A DNA stretch of 64,000 nucleotides, from positions 16,058,001 to 16,122,000 of the forward strand of contig OZ249436.1 in assembly GCA_965235115.1 (NCBI GenBank). The letters are read 5' to 3'. Below the pieces are notes generated by a model. It ran no database searches and was not told the DNA's origin. It saw only the letters and a list, made by a program, of their open reading frames with translations. The position numbers and the translations under genes were made by a program. The DNA comes from Laetmonice hystrix (Eukaryota). Positions 1 through 10,951 of the stretch are shown here, in pieces. The stretch's first letter is position 1. Each line of letters opens with the position of its first letter.

Positions 1-2049
1 CGGATCTCTTGGACCCCCCCTCTACCCCCGCTTTTATAATCCGCCGACCTGTGCGCACCTGTGTGAGACAAACGCGGATACCGAGATGCCCGGATGCCTA
101 TTATCTGCAAGTCTTCTAGATTTTACTGCTGGTCAGTATCAGGAAAATCTGACTTTATGATAGTATAGCATTGCCTCGCCAACCATAGAAATTCAACGCT
201 CTGTTAAAATATAGAGCCAAATTAATTGTAGGTCTCCGCGTACACCCCGTCCACCCCCACCCCCAATAGACAGGGGCCATAGACAGGGGGTGACTAATTC
301 TTCATGCAGTATGCAGAAAACCTTTTTTTCTCGACCACTTCTATTGCATCATTTCGTCTTGGAAAAAAGTATGAAGAAAACCTTATTTCTCGCCATTTTC
401 TGTAAAATGCAAAACCTTCAATAGAAGCCTAGTAGTAAATGTACTTTCCTACAAAAACTTTACTTTTTCTATAAAAGAAAATAGTCCTCCTCTTCAGAAA
501 GGACCACTCCCCCCCCCCCCCAAAAAAAAAAAATGCCCGCTGGCGAAATCCTGGCTATACGGGCCTGTAAATATATGCTCAGGCACTTTTCATTTGGTTT
601 TACGACTTGGGGAAATAATTCGGCAACATTTATCTCATGCAGAGCAACAAAGACGAGCCGGTTGCACGTGGAGAATAATTGTAAAGTGTTTGTCTGTGAT
701 CGTGGTGTGAATGTGGCTGACGTCAATAGTGGACACGACGGGGTCGGGGCACGGACGAGCGGACGCCGCACCACGACCGGTTTCCGGTGTGGGACCACCG
801 TCATCTTATACTCCAACCAGTGAAAAATAGGTTTATGTAACAACAATAGGCAATTTGTGTTTATTTGATTGACATAGTGTGACTGTCATTAAAATTGGTG
901 TAACAAAATGGCCCAACCCTTACTAACTATAGGCCTACTTAACCTGTGAAGGCTCTCTGGCCACCAAGCTGTGTAGGCCTACATGCATATTATATGCCCA
1001 TAGAACTCAACTCACCAGTCTATATATAATTCTATGATATGACACAGTGAAGTGTATGCAGGCCTACATGAAGTAATTTTGGAAGTTATTCTATTTTTAA
1101 AAGGTATTGCAATATATACAAGACCATTGTATCACCAGAGTAGACTCTACAATTAATTAACCCTTTAGGATAGTTATGGCTATTTTACAACGGTGCAGAA
1201 TTAATTTACGTCTTAATAACTTTTGTGACGTGTTTTTTTTTGGAGTTTGGAGATGGAGCGTGTTAAGGATAAGACAGGCTATAAGACCGATGATTGTCCA
1301 TCTCTTAACCTGGATTGAAGATGTGGGTCCAGTCTTTTCCAAGTTGGCCAGCCTCGCACAACTCCCAATAGAAAACAAATCTTATTAAATTATATCTCAA
1401 CAGCCTCGTCACATTGATCACATAAGAAAACACCCCCCCCCCCTCAGTTTTTAAGCGCCCCCCGAAAGTTTTGACTTGACACATGAAATCATCCCGAAAG
1501 CGGAACAATGTGTACAGGTGCTGCCATCTGGTTGACTTCTCGGAATCCTCTCAGTACTGAAGCCGAGGCCGAGGCCGAGATACAAAGTGAGCAGTTTTTC
1601 ACCACGTACAGGTGACAACTTCCCCATACAACATGTTTGAATTGAAAGTATAACCCAGGGCCGTATCACAGACACCCTGTAACCCCCTTGAGTCCAGCCT
1701 TAAAAATAAATTAGAGACTTTTTAAAAAATATCTAACCTTTATTGGAGCCACACAAAGAGTGTTGATGCGGTCGCCTTTGAAGCCCCCCCCCCCCCCCCC
1801 CCAGGCCACTTGGCAGGATACGGCCCTGACCCTAGAATATACATGTATATCCGATATATTTAATAGAGTTCCATTTCTAGTGCTAAAAGATGCAGATCAT
1901 CGTCAAAACGTCAAAAGATTCTTTTTAAATTTAAATTTGGCGGCAGCGCCTAAACATTCCCCACTTTGTGTGAGCCTTTCATTGTAACACTTCCTATACA
2001 GCAGGCAATATCTGTTATTATTTTATGGCTGCCGCACTTTCCCTGTCCT

Positions 2050-2640
2050 GATTGGTCAGTTCCCTGTCACGTGATCACAAATAAAAACTATTGGCTGCTC
2101 CCAGCGTGTGTTATAGGCCCAAAACCGTGAAATTATTAGAGCCATAATTCACGGGTATGACGCGTCATGAATTGACCAATCGGAGAGGGTGCTCATTCGA
2201 ATTCATTGTGTTTGCCTGTCCTCGCTTCAAGGTTGTCAATAGGTAGAACTAGCAACTAATGGAGTGTTAATGGCTGAGACTTCGCAGTTGTTATAGAATT
2301 ACGAGAAGAAACCCGTCTGTATAGTTCAGTTGGGTCGTTTCGATTCGATATGCCCACAGCGAACTCTGTTTACATCGTTTAAATGACGCGCCGAGTCCAT
2401 TTGCCTAGTAGAGGGGATGGCGCTATTGCTGAATGCATGGCCTTAATGTTCCGTCCAATCAGAAAGCTCCTTTTATAGGCTCGCTAAGTCAATGAAAGTC
2501 ACGTGATAACGATCGACCAATAGTGAAGCGTGGTACAAATCGGCCGGTTCAAAGGTCATTGTGGGAGGCCCCCGACCTCAGAATGTAAACAAGATGTGGT
2601 GGCCACAGTTGCTGAATGAAATCGCCGGTAAAAGCTCAAC
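2050..2640. promoter_or_regulatory. Promoter-like CpG-rich island with CCAAT and GTCACGTGAT boxes
   Basis: ATTGG at 2051 and 2090; CCAAT at 2176, 2455 and 2517; GTCACGTGAT at 2066 and 2498. Confidence 0.55.
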
Positions 2641-2699
2641 TGGGTGTAGTTTTGGCACTGTTTGAATTGTTTATAGTTATAGGTTGTGTGCTAAAGTAA

Positions 2700-2814
2700 A
2701 TAAAGCACTGCCAGAGCCAGTCTCGACGTTGTTCTGGCGATATAATGCACTCGCCTTCGGCTCGTGCATTATTTCGCCATAACAACGTCTCGACTGGCTC
2801 TGACAGTGCTTTAT
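2700..2814. repeat. Palindromic (fold-back) MITE-like hairpin
   Basis: Arms of about 51 bp (ATAAAGCACTG...TAATGCAC and its complement) around the loop TCGCCTTCGGCTC; a second 30-bp palindrome at about 2835-2864. Confidence 0.75.
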
Positions 2815-3214
2815 CCACTAAATATTGCACGGAAAAAGTAATATTGACCAGTCAATATTACTTTTGCATTGCCGTCAAGTGTTTTCACCCCTCGTGCAAA
2901 TAGGCTCCTATAGGCATTCTTAACGTAAGTTTAATAGAACAGCCTGGGGGTGACAGCGTATGATAGCAAAGCGGAAACTACGCGAGGCTGAGTTCAGAAT
3001 CTTGTATAGCCTCTAGTCTAGGCTAGCTCTAGGCCTAGCTAGATAAAGCAGTCGTGAACACGATGGATCCCTGTAGCCTATCTAATTTCCCGACATGAGA
3101 AGTTTATGTGGTGACTGATTGTTAACATTGGTCATGGTTTTGATCATGGTTTACTGGTAGAATTGTGAGTACTGACGCACTGAGGCTCAGCATACCGGTA
3201 GGCCTAGGTCTAGA

Positions 3215-4035
3215 TGTAACGTCCCTGGCCTCGTTGCCAGGTTAGCTACTGGGCTCCCAAGTCCCTTAACATGTGACACTGGATGAAAAGAACACAAACA
3301 CGCATATTTGGTAGGAAAATAACTGGTTTTATTCAAATACGGGTAGTGATAAACCTATCCTGCCTCTGATCTGAAATAGGGTTAGTACTTCTCGTTGTAT
3401 TCCTGTCGTAAAAATGAATATAATGAATATACAAGACTCAAGTCTTGTCTGAGATCCGAATATTCCATATTCGGCAGAGAACTAACCTAAAAGATCTAAC
3501 ATCTTGTTTATAATGAATTGGATCTGAATGTTCACATTCAGCTTTTTGGCCTAAATAATCAGAAAAACCCTTACTCTGGCCTTAGGCTTATGGCCATATC
3601 TGACGAGCAGACCTTACACGTATTTCCTATACGTTTCAAGCTCTGACGACAGCTTGGCATAAATTGCTGGTACAAGCATTCTTATACATGCCTATTGGCA
3701 CGTCTACCGTACATACCTGGACTTAGAGGTAGCCATTTCAGTGGTTTCGGCTTGTAAGTTACTCAGGGCAGTATTTCGTCCCTTCTTAGCTGGAGGTTTA
3801 ACGACACTCCCAGACTTATTGCAGAGACCGGGCTTTTATATCAGAGGGATATGCATATGCATGCCAGGGGAGCCAATGAGAATACGCTGGCTGACGGCGC
3901 CACTGGGCCCTGGTCAGCTGGGGGTGGGATACTTAGTCATGGGTGGCTGCACACACAGGCGATGTGTGGCCGGGGTAGCGACGTGCTTAGTGCACATGCA
4001 CTTGACACAGACGTTGGGCCAGCCCAATCGTCACA
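3215..4035 (-). repeat. 3' LTR (821 bp)
   Basis: Direct repeat of 10971-11791; minus-strand TATAAAAG at 3833-3840 and AATAAA at 3328-3333. Confidence 0.97.
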
Positions 4036-4048
4036 CACCTCCCTTTCC
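4036..4048 (-). other. Polypurine tract
   Basis: Minus strand GGAAAGGGAGGTG immediately precedes the 3' LTR. Confidence 0.9.
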
Positions 4049-4331
4049 AAAAAAGACATATGTTACACATATAACAATAGTTACTATCCTACACTAAGTT
4101 CTAGACCTACGGGTACAATAAAAGGAGCAGCATGGGTTAGGGACGACCCACTGTCCTCGACGATAATCTGAAATCAAGACAAGAGTCAACAATACAAGTC
4201 AAACAAAATGATCCAGGTTCAAATTTTAATAGGCAATATGCACAGGGTGCTCCAGACAACTCTAATTAGTCCTTTAAATGTCCCGATAAATGTTCCTGTT
4301 TGGTTGAGACACAGACAGTTAAGCCTACAAG

Positions 4332-5438
4332 TTACAACATCTCGGATGCCTGTGCCTGGCTGCGACCCTGCAGGGAGAGGGACCGGACGTCGGACGTCGT
4401 AAGTGGAAACACTTGTGTTTGTGTCAGATGGGGGTACAGCACATATCCCCTGCTAATCCTGACGTTCCTGAGGTCGGCAACTATGGATGGTCGACCCGCC
4501 CTGGACTGCTCTAGTTCGTTGTTCCTTTCTTGTAGCTCCCGGTTTTTCTGTTCCAGGCGTGTTATCTTCTCCTGGAGCTCTTGGACTTCCAAAGTCTTTA
4601 GCTTTCTCTTAAGATCGTCCCTCATCGTCCTCATCTCATGTTCCTTCCTCTCCAGGCCCCGTATGACGGTGGTGAGGACCCGTTGATCCTGGGTGTCAGG
4701 TTGATGTCCCTGGATGGCCTCCTCCAACTCCCTCTCTCCGGGTCTGGTTGAAGGGACAAGGGGTCCGCCTTTCCACACGGTCGATCTTTGTTCCGGGGGC
4801 AGTGCTCCTCCTGGCAGCTTTGTCGGAAACTGGCACGTGGTGTGTCCGGAAAAGGGGTCACAATGTGGGGTGACCGAGCCTGGTGCCTGGTACCTCACGT
4901 TTTCCCTCAAAGAACAAAACCAAACCTTGTCCTTCAGTTCCAGGGCCTTCTTGGCTTGTGCTTCATGGGCCGTGGTGATGTGCCGTTTCAAGGAACCTCG
5001 TTCTGGTGACAGGAAGCCACAGTCCGGCACTGGACACCAGTGAAGGATTATCTCTGGTTGGTGAAGATTACGCCAATGCTTGGCGAAGGCCGCATACTGC
5101 CGACTGTCTTGGCAGAGGTTCATCTGCCGGCATACTTCCACTGGACAAGGGAAGATAACTGGCTTCCCTGTCACGGTGCTCGAAATTCGTTGACACTTTT
5201 GAGCAGTGCCTTTCGGGTTGGGAATGGGTACGGTAGCCTGGCACACTTTAGCAGTGCCTTCAGCTTTAGGAGGGGTGGCCTGACACGTTAAATTCGTGCC
5301 TTTATTGCCAGGGGAATGTGGTAGGGGACTCAAGGGTGGAAAAAGGGCGCCATCATCTTCATTTAACTCATCATAATCTAATTCGACCTCCAGGGCGTCC
5401 AGTTCGGTCAGATCATGGCTAAAAAGGGAAGAGGACAT
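4332..5438 (-). CDS. Retrotransposon ORF3 of unknown function: acidic N-terminus, two C2H2-type zinc fingers, coiled coil (368 aa)
   Basis: ATG in A-rich context (ACAAAGATG) 16 nt after the pol stop; Cx4C-x17-Hx4H (aa 98-126) and Cx4C-x12-Hx4H (aa 135-158); heptad-rich helix at about aa 255-313; lies inside the LTRs. Confidence 0.8.
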   Translation of the reverse strand: MSSSLFSHDLTELDALEVELDYDELNEDDGALFPPLSPLPHSPGNKGTNLTCQATPPKAEGTAKVCQATVPIPNPKGTAQKCQRISSTVTGKPVIFPCPVEVCRQMNLCQDSRQYAAFAKHWRNLHQPEIILHWCPVPDCGFLSPERGSLKRHITTAHEAQAKKALELKDKVWFCSLRENVRYQAPGSVTPHCDPFSGHTTCQFPTKLPGGALPPEQRSTVWKGGPLVPSTRPGERELEEAIQGHQPDTQDQRVLTTVIRGLERKEHEMRTMRDDLKRKLKTLEVQELQEKITRLEQKNRELQERNNELEQSRAGRPSIVADLRNVRISRGYVLYPHLTQTQVFPLTTSDVRSLSLQGRSQAQASEML

Positions 5439-5454
5439 CTTTGTTTTATTTCAG

Positions 5455-8400
5455 TTAAAGGTCCATCCGAACTGGTGGTTTCCTTACCCTGGTGCCTCGT
5501 CTTAACGTGGTGCTGTCTGCAGTGACAGTTTTTGGGTCAGAAGGAGAGGTTTCATTCCTGTTTGGGTCAGGATTTAGACTCTCCTCTGACTCACTGTCAT
5601 CGGTTATTAGGAATGATGCATCATGCCTGTCAGGTGCTGACTCATTAACAGTCTCCTTAACTACTAACCAACTTTGTGGTGCATTGATGCCTTGGTATGG
5701 TTTCAAGGCATCCACATGTACAGTGATTACTTTACTGTGCTCTGCTTGTTGGATTTGGTAGGTGACATTAGTTAATTTCTTAACAACTAGGAATGGTCCA
5801 CGCCAGCCCTTTCCCAACTTTTCCTTCGCTTGAGGGGGGTAGTAGTGCCATACCCAGTCACCTTCTTTGAATGTACCCAAACCCGAGTCTCTATCATACA
5901 GACGTTTCTGCCTTACAGCACTTTTCTGTAGAAAAATGCGTACATATGTGAACGCTTCTTCTGTGGCCCGTCGGACCCACTGTACATACTCGATAGGGCA
6001 CCTAGCCTGATGGCTATTAGGAGGCTGCCCTACCATGACATCTAATGGTACGTTAGTCTCCCTACCCAACATAAGAAGGTTTGGAGTGCAGTTTGTGCTC
6101 TCGTGTACAGAGGCTCGGTATGCCATCATGACATACATAAGATGATCGTCCCAATCATCCCGGTTCTCATTCACATACATGGCAAGCATCTGTTGGAGGG
6201 TTCTATTAAATCGTTCTACAAGGCCATCGGACTGGGGTCTGTATGAAGTCGTTCGAGTTTTGTGCACTTGCATGAGGTCACAGATCTGTTTGAATAGATC
6301 AGATTCAAAATTTCTACCCTGATCTGAATGTAATTGTCGGGGACATCCTAAACGACTTATAAATTCCATTATACAATCAGCTACTCGCTGAGCAGTCTGA
6401 TCAGGTAATGCCCACGCTTCTGTCCACTTTGTGTAATAGTCACCTAAAACTAGGATATACTGATTGCCATTCTCTGTAATTGGTAAAGGCCCTAGAATGT
6501 CAATAGCCACTTTTTCTAATGGACTGCCAACTGCTTCTTGAGTGAGTTTAGCACGCCACCTTTTTGGACCAGGTTTTCTACGGGCACAGATGTCACATTT
6601 CTGACACCAACTGATGATGTCTCTCTTGTAACTTGGCCAATAAAACCTTTGCCTAATGTTCTTAGTCAAGCGTGTGACCCCTAAGTGACCTGCAGTACGG
6701 CTAGAGTGGAGGGAATGCAGAACCTTCTCTCGTAGTTCTGTAGGAGCTACCAGCTGCATCACTGGAATGCTACTCCCACCGGGATACCATTCTCTGTATA
6801 ACAGTCCATCCCGTACATGGAGTACCTTCCATTGTGCCCAATAAGATTTAGTAACTGCATCATATGGGGCAACCTCAGACCATCTTGGCTTTTCGTGAGA
6901 TTGCTCCTTCCACTTTAGTACCACCTGAATACAAGGATCGGCCTGTTGCCATTGTTTCAGCTGCGCCTGATCATACTGCAACAACCATTGGCCTTCACCA
7001 TTCTTTGCATCAGATTGACCAGCCTTACTGGGTACCTGCAAGTTCTGTTTTCTAGATGAATCTTTAGTTCGTCTGCCGGCCTGAACAACGTTCATCTTGT
7101 GTACAAAACAATCTGGACAGTCAACACGTCTACAACTGCGAGTTGTAGGCAACCGTGAAAGGGCATCAGCATTGGCATGTTTGGAGCCTTTACGGTGAGT
7201 AATTTGGTAATCATATGTCTCAAGTATGGTTAACCATCTAGATGTTACCTCATCATGATTAGTAAAGTTCTTTAGCCAAACCAGAGAGGCACGGTCAGTT
7301 CGGATCAGAAACTTCTGACCATATAAGTAATGCCTAAAATGCTTTACAAACTCAACTACAGCATATAGTTCTTTCTTTGTAGTGCAATAGTTCCTGCGTG
7401 ACTTATCAAGGGATTTGCTGGCATATGCAATTACACGTTCAGTACCATCTTGTACCTGATGTAACACGGCGCCGATGCCATCATTGCTGGCGTCTGTATC
7501 TAAAATAAACGTGCCCTCTTGAGTTGGATAGGCTAACACCTCAGCTGAGATTAGGCTCTGTTTTAATTTATCAAATGCTCCTTCACATTCCTCTGTCCAT
7601 TCAAATTTTACCCCTTTTCTCATCAGGTTACGAAGAGGAGCAGAAATGGTGGAAAAGTTATCTATGAACTGTCTATAATAGGAGGCGAAACCATGGAAAC
7701 TACGGACTTCTCGAGCATTACAAGGTCGAGGCCAAGTGGAGACAGCTTTGATCTTCTCAGGATCACAACTTACACCTTCTGCAGAAACGACATGACCCAG
7801 AAATTGCAACTGTCGTTTGAACAATTTGCATTTCTTGGCCTTAAGCTTAAGACCAGCATCTCTAAACCTATCAAATACCAAAGAAAGGTTAGCTAGGGTA
7901 TCTTCAAATGTCTTTCCAAAACAGATTACGTCGTCCAAATATACTAGGCATAATTGCCATTGCAAGCCACGTAGTACAAGTTCTATTAGACGCTCAAATG
8001 TAGCAGGTGCGTTTGTTAAACCGAAGGGCATGACATTAAATTGAAATAAACCCTTTCTAGTCGCAAAGGCAGTTTTTTCTTTATCCGCCTTATCCATAGG
8101 AACCTGCCAATATCCACTGGCACAATCGATTGTACAAAACCACTCAGCACCTGCTAGTGTATCTATGGTTTCGTCGATGCGTGGTAGTGGATAAGCATCC
8201 TTTTGAGTAACCTGGTTAAGTTTCCTATAGTCGACACAAAACCTAATTGTCCCGTCCTTCTTGGTTACTAAGACGATGGGTGATGCCCAGGGACTAGTGC
8301 TAGGTTCGATAACTCCCTGCTTCAGCATCTTATCAACTTCCTCATCAGCAACACTACGGCGTTGAATCGGCAAACGCCGAACTGGTTGCTTGATAGGCCT

Positions 8401-8790
8401 GCTATCTCCTGTATTGATTTTATGAGTAACTAGATTAGTACCTCCTAGTTCACCACCTGGTTCAGCAAAGATGTCTGAATAAGACAAAACCAACTTATGT
8501 ACAAGTGCAGTCTGAGCTGCAGTCAAATCCTGACTACTGTCATCTACTAATGCCTGCAGATGCTCAGGTAATACTCTACCACTGACATCTGTAGCCAAAT
8601 GTTCCTTATCTGGAGTGTACTCCAATTCTGTGAAATGTGATATGGGTTGTAGTAATGCCACAGCTACACCTTTCTTAAGGGTTACTGGTTCATTTCGGAG
8701 ATTGATAACGGTTAAAGGTACGGTTTTATTGGCTGCATTCACTAAAGCCTTACCAAAGATCACGCCTGACCTATGAGTTATGGATGCCAA
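5455..8790 (-). CDS. pol: Pol: reverse transcriptase, RNase H, integrase (1111 aa as called)
   Basis: RT YLDD and PFGL motifs; RNase H FILDTDAS; integrase H-H-C-C, DILGP, SDQGRNF, GLVER (DDE) and GPF module; no chromodomain seen. Confidence 0.97.
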   Translation of the reverse strand: MASITHRSGVIFGKALVNAANKTVPLTVINLRNEPVTLKKGVAVALLQPISHFTELEYTPDKEHLATDVSGRVLPEHLQALVDDSSQDLTAAQTALVHKLVLSYSDIFAEPGGELGGTNLVTHKINTGDSRPIKQPVRRLPIQRRSVADEEVDKMLKQGVIEPSTSPWASPIVLVTKKDGTIRFCVDYRKLNQVTQKDAYPLPRIDETIDTLAGAEWFCTIDCASGYWQVPMDKADKEKTAFATRKGLFQFNVMPFGLTNAPATFERLIELVLRGLQWQLCLVYLDDVICFGKTFEDTLANLSLVFDRFRDAGLKLKAKKCKLFKRQLQFLGHVVSAEGVSCDPEKIKAVSTWPRPCNAREVRSFHGFASYYRQFIDNFSTISAPLRNLMRKGVKFEWTEECEGAFDKLKQSLISAEVLAYPTQEGTFILDTDASNDGIGAVLHQVQDGTERVIAYASKSLDKSRRNYCTTKKELYAVVEFVKHFRHYLYGQKFLIRTDRASLVWLKNFTNHDEVTSRWLTILETYDYQITHRKGSKHANADALSRLPTTRSCRRVDCPDCFVHKMNVVQAGRRTKDSSRKQNLQVPSKAGQSDAKNGEGQWLLQYDQAQLKQWQQADPCIQVVLKWKEQSHEKPRWSEVAPYDAVTKSYWAQWKVLHVRDGLLYREWYPGGSSIPVMQLVAPTELREKVLHSLHSSRTAGHLGVTRLTKNIRQRFYWPSYKRDIISWCQKCDICARRKPGPKRWRAKLTQEAVGSPLEKVAIDILGPLPITENGNQYILVLGDYYTKWTEAWALPDQTAQRVADCIMEFISRLGCPRQLHSDQGRNFESDLFKQICDLMQVHKTRTTSYRPQSDGLVERFNRTLQQMLAMYVNENRDDWDDHLMYVMMAYRASVHESTNCTPNLLMLGRETNVPLDVMVGQPPNSHQARCPIEYVQWVRRATEEAFTYVRIFLQKSAVRQKRLYDRDSGLGTFKEGDWVWHYYPPQAKEKLGKGWRGPFLVVKKLTNVTYQIQQAEHSKVITVHVDALKPYQGINAPQSWLVVKETVNESAPDRHDASFLITDDSESEESLNPDPNRNETSPSDPKTVTADSTTLRRGTRVRKPPVRMDL

Positions 8791-9374
8791 TCTACAGCTC
8801 CTAACCCTCGAGGTATTGGCTTCCTAGAATGTTTAGCCTGAGCAATGCCTTCTACCATCATCTGACTGTCAGCTGGTATATGTATGGTGTTAGCTAAATG
8901 TACCCTGCAACAACCTTCATTGTCCTCCCTTTGCAATTGAATCTTTTGAGATCCTATCTCTAAGATACCTTTAGAGAAATCAAGTTTTGGTTGAAGCATG
9001 TCAATGAAATCTAATCCAAGCAAACCTTCCAAACTTCCTAGGTTTGAAACTAATACAGGATGTTTATATGACACATTGCCAAGTCGGATTATAGCCATGA
9101 ATTCACCTGACACATCCATTGAACTTCCATCAGCTAAGGTAAAGTTCATATTACATGGATGTAGCTGTACATCAGTCCTTTTGATTTTCTTGTAAATCGA
9201 CTGGTTAATTATCGTGCAAGACGCGCCAGTATCAACAAGAAATTTAACTTTGTGCCCGTTCACTGGAACACTCATATACCATCCATTTTGACTGTGTATC
9301 TGAAGCATTTGTTTTTGAATATTTGGCCCTTTAATCTGTCGACTGGCTGAGCTGACGGCCTCCAGGTCAGCCAA
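8778..9374 (-). CDS. pro: Aspartic protease region of pol, in the -1 frame relative to gag
   Basis: VKFLVDTGAS active-site motif and GLLGLDF flap-distal motif; no true ATG; reachable by a -1 shift at GGAAAAC at the end of gag. Confidence 0.9.
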   Translation of the reverse strand: MADLEAVSSASRQIKGPNIQKQMLQIHSQNGWYMSVPVNGHKVKFLVDTGASCTIINQSIYKKIKRTDVQLHPCNMNFTLADGSSMDVSGEFMAIIRLGNVSYKHPVLVSNLGSLEGLLGLDFIDMLQPKLDFSKGILEIGSQKIQLQREDNEGCCRVHLANTIHIPADSQMMVEGIAQAKHSRKPIPRGLGAVDWHP

Positions 9375-9376
9375 TT

Positions 9377-10654
9377 TTAGTTTTCCGAATTAGAGGCTTC
9401 AGCCTGCTCCTTATACTTTGTACAGTTTCTTTGAACATGACCTAGTTCCTTACAGTACCAGCATCTAAGGTTGCGATGCCTATTGCCTAAATCAGACCTC
9501 TGCTGTTGACTCACTGCCAGCACTGGAGGTTTCTTAGCATATGTGCTACATTCATTGAACACTTCAAAATCTACTGCGAGAGTGATGGCATCATTCATTG
9601 TCTTTGGATGGTGGAAATGTACATGTTGCCTCATTGAGTGACTCAACCCAGTTTTAAATTGATCGAGCAACCACTCTTCTTGTGCCTCTGTGCTCTGATT
9701 TGGAAATGCCCTTTTAACCAATCTTCTCAATTCATAACCATAGTCAATTAGTTTCTCATTTGGTTTTCTGAACCGTTTTCTGAATTCGGATTTATACACA
9801 TCTTCCCTGCCAGATGGGTTAAACCTGTGTGTTAGTGCTTCCACCATAGCAGCGTAACTTAACTGTAGTTCTCTGGGCAAGTTGGTTATAGTACTTCTAG
9901 CTTCTTTTGTCATGCTCATACCCAGTTGAATACCCTTTTCACTTTCAGACCACTCGTTCCATTGGCTTACTTTCTCAAAATAGTCTAAGTATTCCTGCAA
10001 ATCACTTTCACCAGTATACATCTCAGGGTCTTTCTGACGCCTCTTGATGTGTTGCTGAGATTGTGATTGCACAGGAAAATAAGACTCAGTCCTTTGTGGT
10101 TGATTCTGAATAGGTAGTGAATACGCCATTGGACTTGTGGGTTGAGTGTGGATGGGTGTTGAATACACCATTGGACCTGCTGATTGGGTGTGGATGGGTG
10201 TTGAATACACCCTTTGGCCTGTTGGTGTTTGCACACTTGTAGGATGTGCACTGTACCATCCGGCAATGGGAGGTGGTGGAGTGATCCAGGGACTGGTGTA
10301 ATTAGTGGCTTGACCTGTATTAGGCATTTGACTGGGAGTTCCAGTACTACACACTGGACCTTTGTTACTGTATGTGGGCGTGGTTACTGTGTAAGTCTCA
10401 TGAAGAGTGCCAGCTGAGTAACTGTACGCAGGTATGTGATTCTCGTGAATTGATTGGTAAGTGGGTACGGGTGCACTTGTTATTGGTAAAACTGTTTGTG
10501 CTCTCAACAGTGTTGAGTCTTCTAGGTCAGATTTTCTAACCACCCGTTCTTCCTTGTGCACAGTTAAAGGATCCCTGAGTGTATCGCTGTCAGTACTGTT
10601 TGATACGTGAAACCATTGTGAAACCGTTTCGTGTAATGATCTCCACCAAGACAT
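9377..10654 (-). CDS. gag: Gag (capsid plus CCHC nucleocapsid), 425 aa
   Basis: Capsid-like YTGESDLQEYLDYFEKVSQWNEW segment; zinc knuckle CWYCKELGHVQRNC; ends TCG GAA AAC TAA. Confidence 0.93.
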   Translation of the reverse strand: MSWWRSLHETVSQWFHVSNSTDSDTLRDPLTVHKEERVVRKSDLEDSTLLRAQTVLPITSAPVPTYQSIHENHIPAYSYSAGTLHETYTVTTPTYSNKGPVCSTGTPSQMPNTGQATNYTSPWITPPPPIAGWYSAHPTSVQTPTGQRVYSTPIHTQSAGPMVYSTPIHTQPTSPMAYSLPIQNQPQRTESYFPVQSQSQQHIKRRQKDPEMYTGESDLQEYLDYFEKVSQWNEWSESEKGIQLGMSMTKEARSTITNLPRELQLSYAAMVEALTHRFNPSGREDVYKSEFRKRFRKPNEKLIDYGYELRRLVKRAFPNQSTEAQEEWLLDQFKTGLSHSMRQHVHFHHPKTMNDAITLAVDFEVFNECSTYAKKPPVLAVSQQQRSDLGNRHRNLRCWYCKELGHVQRNCTKYKEQAEASNSEN

Positions 10655-10951
10655 CTTGACAGTATTTTCAATTATTAAATACAGTAAATATCAATTTAAT
10701 TCAAACTGATTACTCAGCTAAATATATGAACTCAGTTAAATGCAGGATAATAACAAAATAGCCTGTAAACCAATTATTGATCACAGTACCAATTTGTGTA
10801 ATTCTCCACATTTGGGCATAGTACTAAATTGTGTTTCAGTTGTGTCTCTCCATCCAGAATTAGTCACGGTACCAAACTGTGTAATTCTTCGGAATTACTT
10901 CAAAATTGGTCGCGGCACCAAATTGTGTAATTCTTCAGAATTACTTTAAAA

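Noticed and set aside
469-846. Overlapping ORFs at the window start
   Set aside because: No homology I recognise, and no convincing splice chain.
1656-1828. CAGGGCCGTATC-ended MITE as a member of the short-TSD set
   Set aside because: The TIR is real, but no TSD could be matched.
3741-4171. ORFs inside the LTRs (also 11497-11810)
   Set aside because: Short, no recognisable motifs, and duplicated only because the LTR is duplicated.
4332-5438. ORF3 as an env gene
   Set aside because: No N-terminal signal peptide, basic cleavage site or C-terminal transmembrane segment; zinc fingers and a coiled coil instead.
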